Part shown: positions 62,224 to 64,000 of the stretch, in pieces
How positions within the stretch are numbered: the stretch's first letter is position 1
Layout of the letters: the number at the start of each line of letters is the position of its first letter
Source of the DNA: an uncultured delta proteobacterium
GTDB taxonomy: Bacteria; Myxococcota; Myxococcia; Myxococcales; Anaeromyxobacteraceae
Direction: 5' to 3'
Assembly: GCA_963757745.1 (NCBI GenBank)
Contig: CAVWSG010000007.1
Location: forward strand, 490,932 to 554,931
DNA: 64,000 nt
Program-made: the position numbers and the translations under genes
The notes under the pieces: model-generated
Databases searched by the model: none
What the model was told of the DNA's origin: nothing
The model's input: the letters and a program-made list of their open reading frames with translations, nothing else

Positions 62224-62482
62224 CGGCTGCGCATGCGGCGGCCGGCGCCGGCTCACCTCGGCCGCGGGTACGACCTCATCGTCGCGCCCGCGGGCAGGTG
62301 GGCGGCGCGTCACCCGTCCGGTCAGGCTCACTGCCCGGAGCGCGGCAGGGCGCCTCCGGCCTCCCCGGATCGCCGCGAGCGGCGCCTCGGACCCGAGGCG
62401 GTGGCTCCGCGCTCCAGCTCGAGCCAATCAGCGCACCGTGGCTTGCCGCCCTCATCACCACTTCGCCGCGCGGGAGCGCCCC

Positions 62483-63460
62483 ATGGAAACGAGCGCAGCG
62501 CGAGGCAAGGCCGGCCGATTCCTCCTGTCGCTCGTCCGGAGCAAGGAATCGGCGATCCTCCTCGCCCTCCTCATCATCATGGCGGTCATCGGGCTCTACG
62601 AGCCCAAGGCGCGGAGCTTCAGCAACTTCTACCTCGTCTCGCGGCAGATCTCCTTCGTCGCCATCGTGGCCTTCGGCGAGCTCTTCGTCATCCTCACCGG
62701 CGGCATCGACCTGTCGGTCGGCTCGGTGATGGCGCTCGCCGGCATGGCCGCCGCCTGGGCCATGAGCGTGGGCGTCCCGCCGCCGCTGGCGGTGCTCTTC
62801 GGCGTCGCGGTCGGGATGTCGATGGGCGCCATCAACGGAGCGCTCATCGCCTGGGCGAGGATCGCCCCCTTCATCGTCACGCTGGCCATGCTCTCCTTCG
62901 CCTCCGGCCTCGTCCTCGGGCTCACCAGGGGATGGCCCATCACCGGCATCCCGGCCTCCTTCCTGCCCGTCGCCCAGGGCGACGACCCGGTCTTCGGCAT
63001 GCCCATCCCGGTGTGGATCGCCATCGCGCTCGGGGTGGTGGCCCATATCACCCTGAGTTACACGGCTTTCGGCCGGCGCACCTACGCCATCGGCGGCAAC
63101 GAGCAGGCCACCTACCTCTCCGGCATCAACGTCGACCGCATCAAGTTCGGGCTGTACGTGATCTCGGCCGCCGCCGCCTCCATCGCCGGCATCATCCTGG
63201 TGGCGCGCTTCAACTCCGCGCAGGCCGACACCGGCAAGGGGTGGGAGCTCGACGCCATCGCCGCTGCGGTCATCGGTGGCACCTCGCTCGCCGGAGGGGC
63301 CGGCAGCGTGCTCGGCGTCATCATCGGCGCGTGCATCATGGGGGTCATCCGCAACGGCCTCGTGCTCATGCGCGTCTCGTCCTACTGGCAGACCGCCATC
63401 ATCGGCGTGATCATCGTCCTCGCCGCGGTGCTCGACCGGCTGAAGTCGCGGAGGGCGTGA
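62483..63460 (+). CDS. Sugar ABC transporter permease (RbsC/BPD-2 type)
   Basis: Multi-TM protein; ...YAIGGNEQATYLSGINVDRIKFGLYVISAAAASIAGIIL... Confidence 0.85.
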   Translation: METSAARGKAGRFLLSLVRSKESAILLALLIIMAVIGLYEPKARSFSNFYLVSRQISFVAIVAFGELFVILTGGIDLSVGSVMALAGMAAAWAMSVGVPPPLAVLFGVAVGMSMGAINGALIAWARIAPFIVTLAMLSFASGLVLGLTRGWPITGIPASFLPVAQGDDPVFGMPIPVWIAIALGVVAHITLSYTAFGRRTYAIGGNEQATYLSGINVDRIKFGLYVISAAAASIAGIILVARFNSAQADTGKGWELDAIAAAVIGGTSLAGGAGSVLGVIIGACIMGVIRNGLVLMRVSSYWQTAIIGVIIVLAAVLDRLKSRRA

Positions 63461-63462
63461 CG

Positions 63463-64000
63463 ATGGCCGAGGCCGTCCTGCCCGCGGGCGAGGCCCCTCC
63501 CCTCCTGGAGATGCGCGGCATCTCCAAGGCATTCCCGGGCGTGAAGGCGCTCTCCGCCGTCGACTTCGGCGTGCGCGCGGGCGAGGTGGTGGGGCTCCTC
63601 GGCGAGAACGGCGCCGGCAAGTCCACGCTCATGAAGGTGCTGGCCGGCGTCTACCAGGCCGACGGCGGCGAGGTGCGGTGGCAGGGGAAGAAGGTGGCCT
63701 TCCGCTCCATCCGCGAGGCGCAGGAGGCGGGCGTCACCCTCATCTTCCAGGAGCTCAACAACTGCCCCAACTTGAAGCCGCTCGACAACCTCTTCCTGGG
63801 GCGCGAGCTCTACCGCGGGTTTGGGTTCCTCGACTACCGCGCCATGCGCAAGAAGGCGCTCGAGCTCTTCGCCTACCTGGGATTGTCGGTCGATCTCGAC
63901 GTGGAGGTGGGGCGCTTCTCCACCGCCGTGCAGCAGATGATCGAGATCGCCAAGGCGCTCCTCACCAACGTGAGGCTGCTCATCATGGACGAGCCCACCT
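63463..64000 (+). CDS. Sugar ABC transporter ATP-binding protein (RbsA-like), 5' part only; continues past the window end
   Basis: Walker A GENGAGKSTLMKVLAG; LSGGxQ-type signature region ...FSTAVQQMIEIAKAL; Walker B LIMDEPT. Confidence 0.85.
   Translation, partial: MAEAVLPAGEAPPLLEMRGISKAFPGVKALSAVDFGVRAGEVVGLLGENGAGKSTLMKVLAGVYQADGGEVRWQGKKVAFRSIREAQEAGVTLIFQELNNCPNLKPLDNLFLGRELYRGFGFLDYRAMRKKALELFAYLGLSVDLDVEVGRFSTAVQQMIEIAKALLTNVRLLIMDEPT

Overview
High-GC (roughly 70%+ G+C by eye) chromosomal segment with Myxococcota / Anaeromyxobacter-like gene content. Antisense ORFs are abundant because of the GC bias; I called genes from recognisable protein families, start-codon context and operon logic rather than ORF length. 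Contents by region: (1) 1-10 kb, minus strand: a 2-oxoacid (pyruvate-type) dehydrogenase operon arranged eno - lipA - E1alpha - E1beta - E2 - lpd - lipB, followed by a ComEA-like gene. (2) 10-18 kb: small accessory genes (SRPBCC, SGNH hydrolase, secreted protein), a FumC/AspA-family lyase, a NUDIX hydrolase and a molybdopterin oxidoreductase. (3) 18-27 kb, plus strand: a lipid-tailoring operon whose centrepiece is a ~1500-aa four-domain enzyme (acyl-CoA reductase / AMP-ligase / ACP / AGPAT), closely resembling the myxobacterial ether-lipid enzyme ElbD. It is flanked by two SDR epimerase/reductases, a HAD hydrolase and a LarA-family (DUF2088) protein. (4) 27-40.5 kb, minus strand: a complete bacterial microcompartment (metabolosome) locus with 3 BMC-H, 1 BMC-T and 3 BMC-P shell genes. 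Its enzymes are two class II aldolases, a CoA-acylating aldehyde dehydrogenase, PduL phosphotransacylase, acetate kinase and a PduS/RnfC-like Fe-S flavoprotein. It is fused into one operon with rhamnulokinase (rhaB) and L-rhamnose isomerase (rhaA), and is divergent from a RhaS/RhaR-type AraC regulator. I read this as a candidate L-rhamnose (6-deoxyhexose) catabolic microcompartment. (5) 40.8-64 kb: tRNA-Cys, a fliJ/fliK-like pair, thioesterases, an XRE regulator with an ALDH-family gene, an M13 peptidase, an HDOD protein, PEP carboxylase, YjbQ, an aldo-keto reductase, a hemerythrin, an acyl-CoA dehydrogenase, a WS/DGAT acyltransferase, AsmA, a LacI regulator and a sugar ABC transporter. Data-quality point: at least eight well-conserved genes have their reading frame broken by apparent 1-nt indels, mostly in G/C runs: E1alpha, E1beta, the LarA-like gene (three times), the ElbD-like gene, rhaA and ppc. 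Two unusual in-frame fusions (lipB-NUDIX and ComEA-zinc ribbon) could share the same cause.
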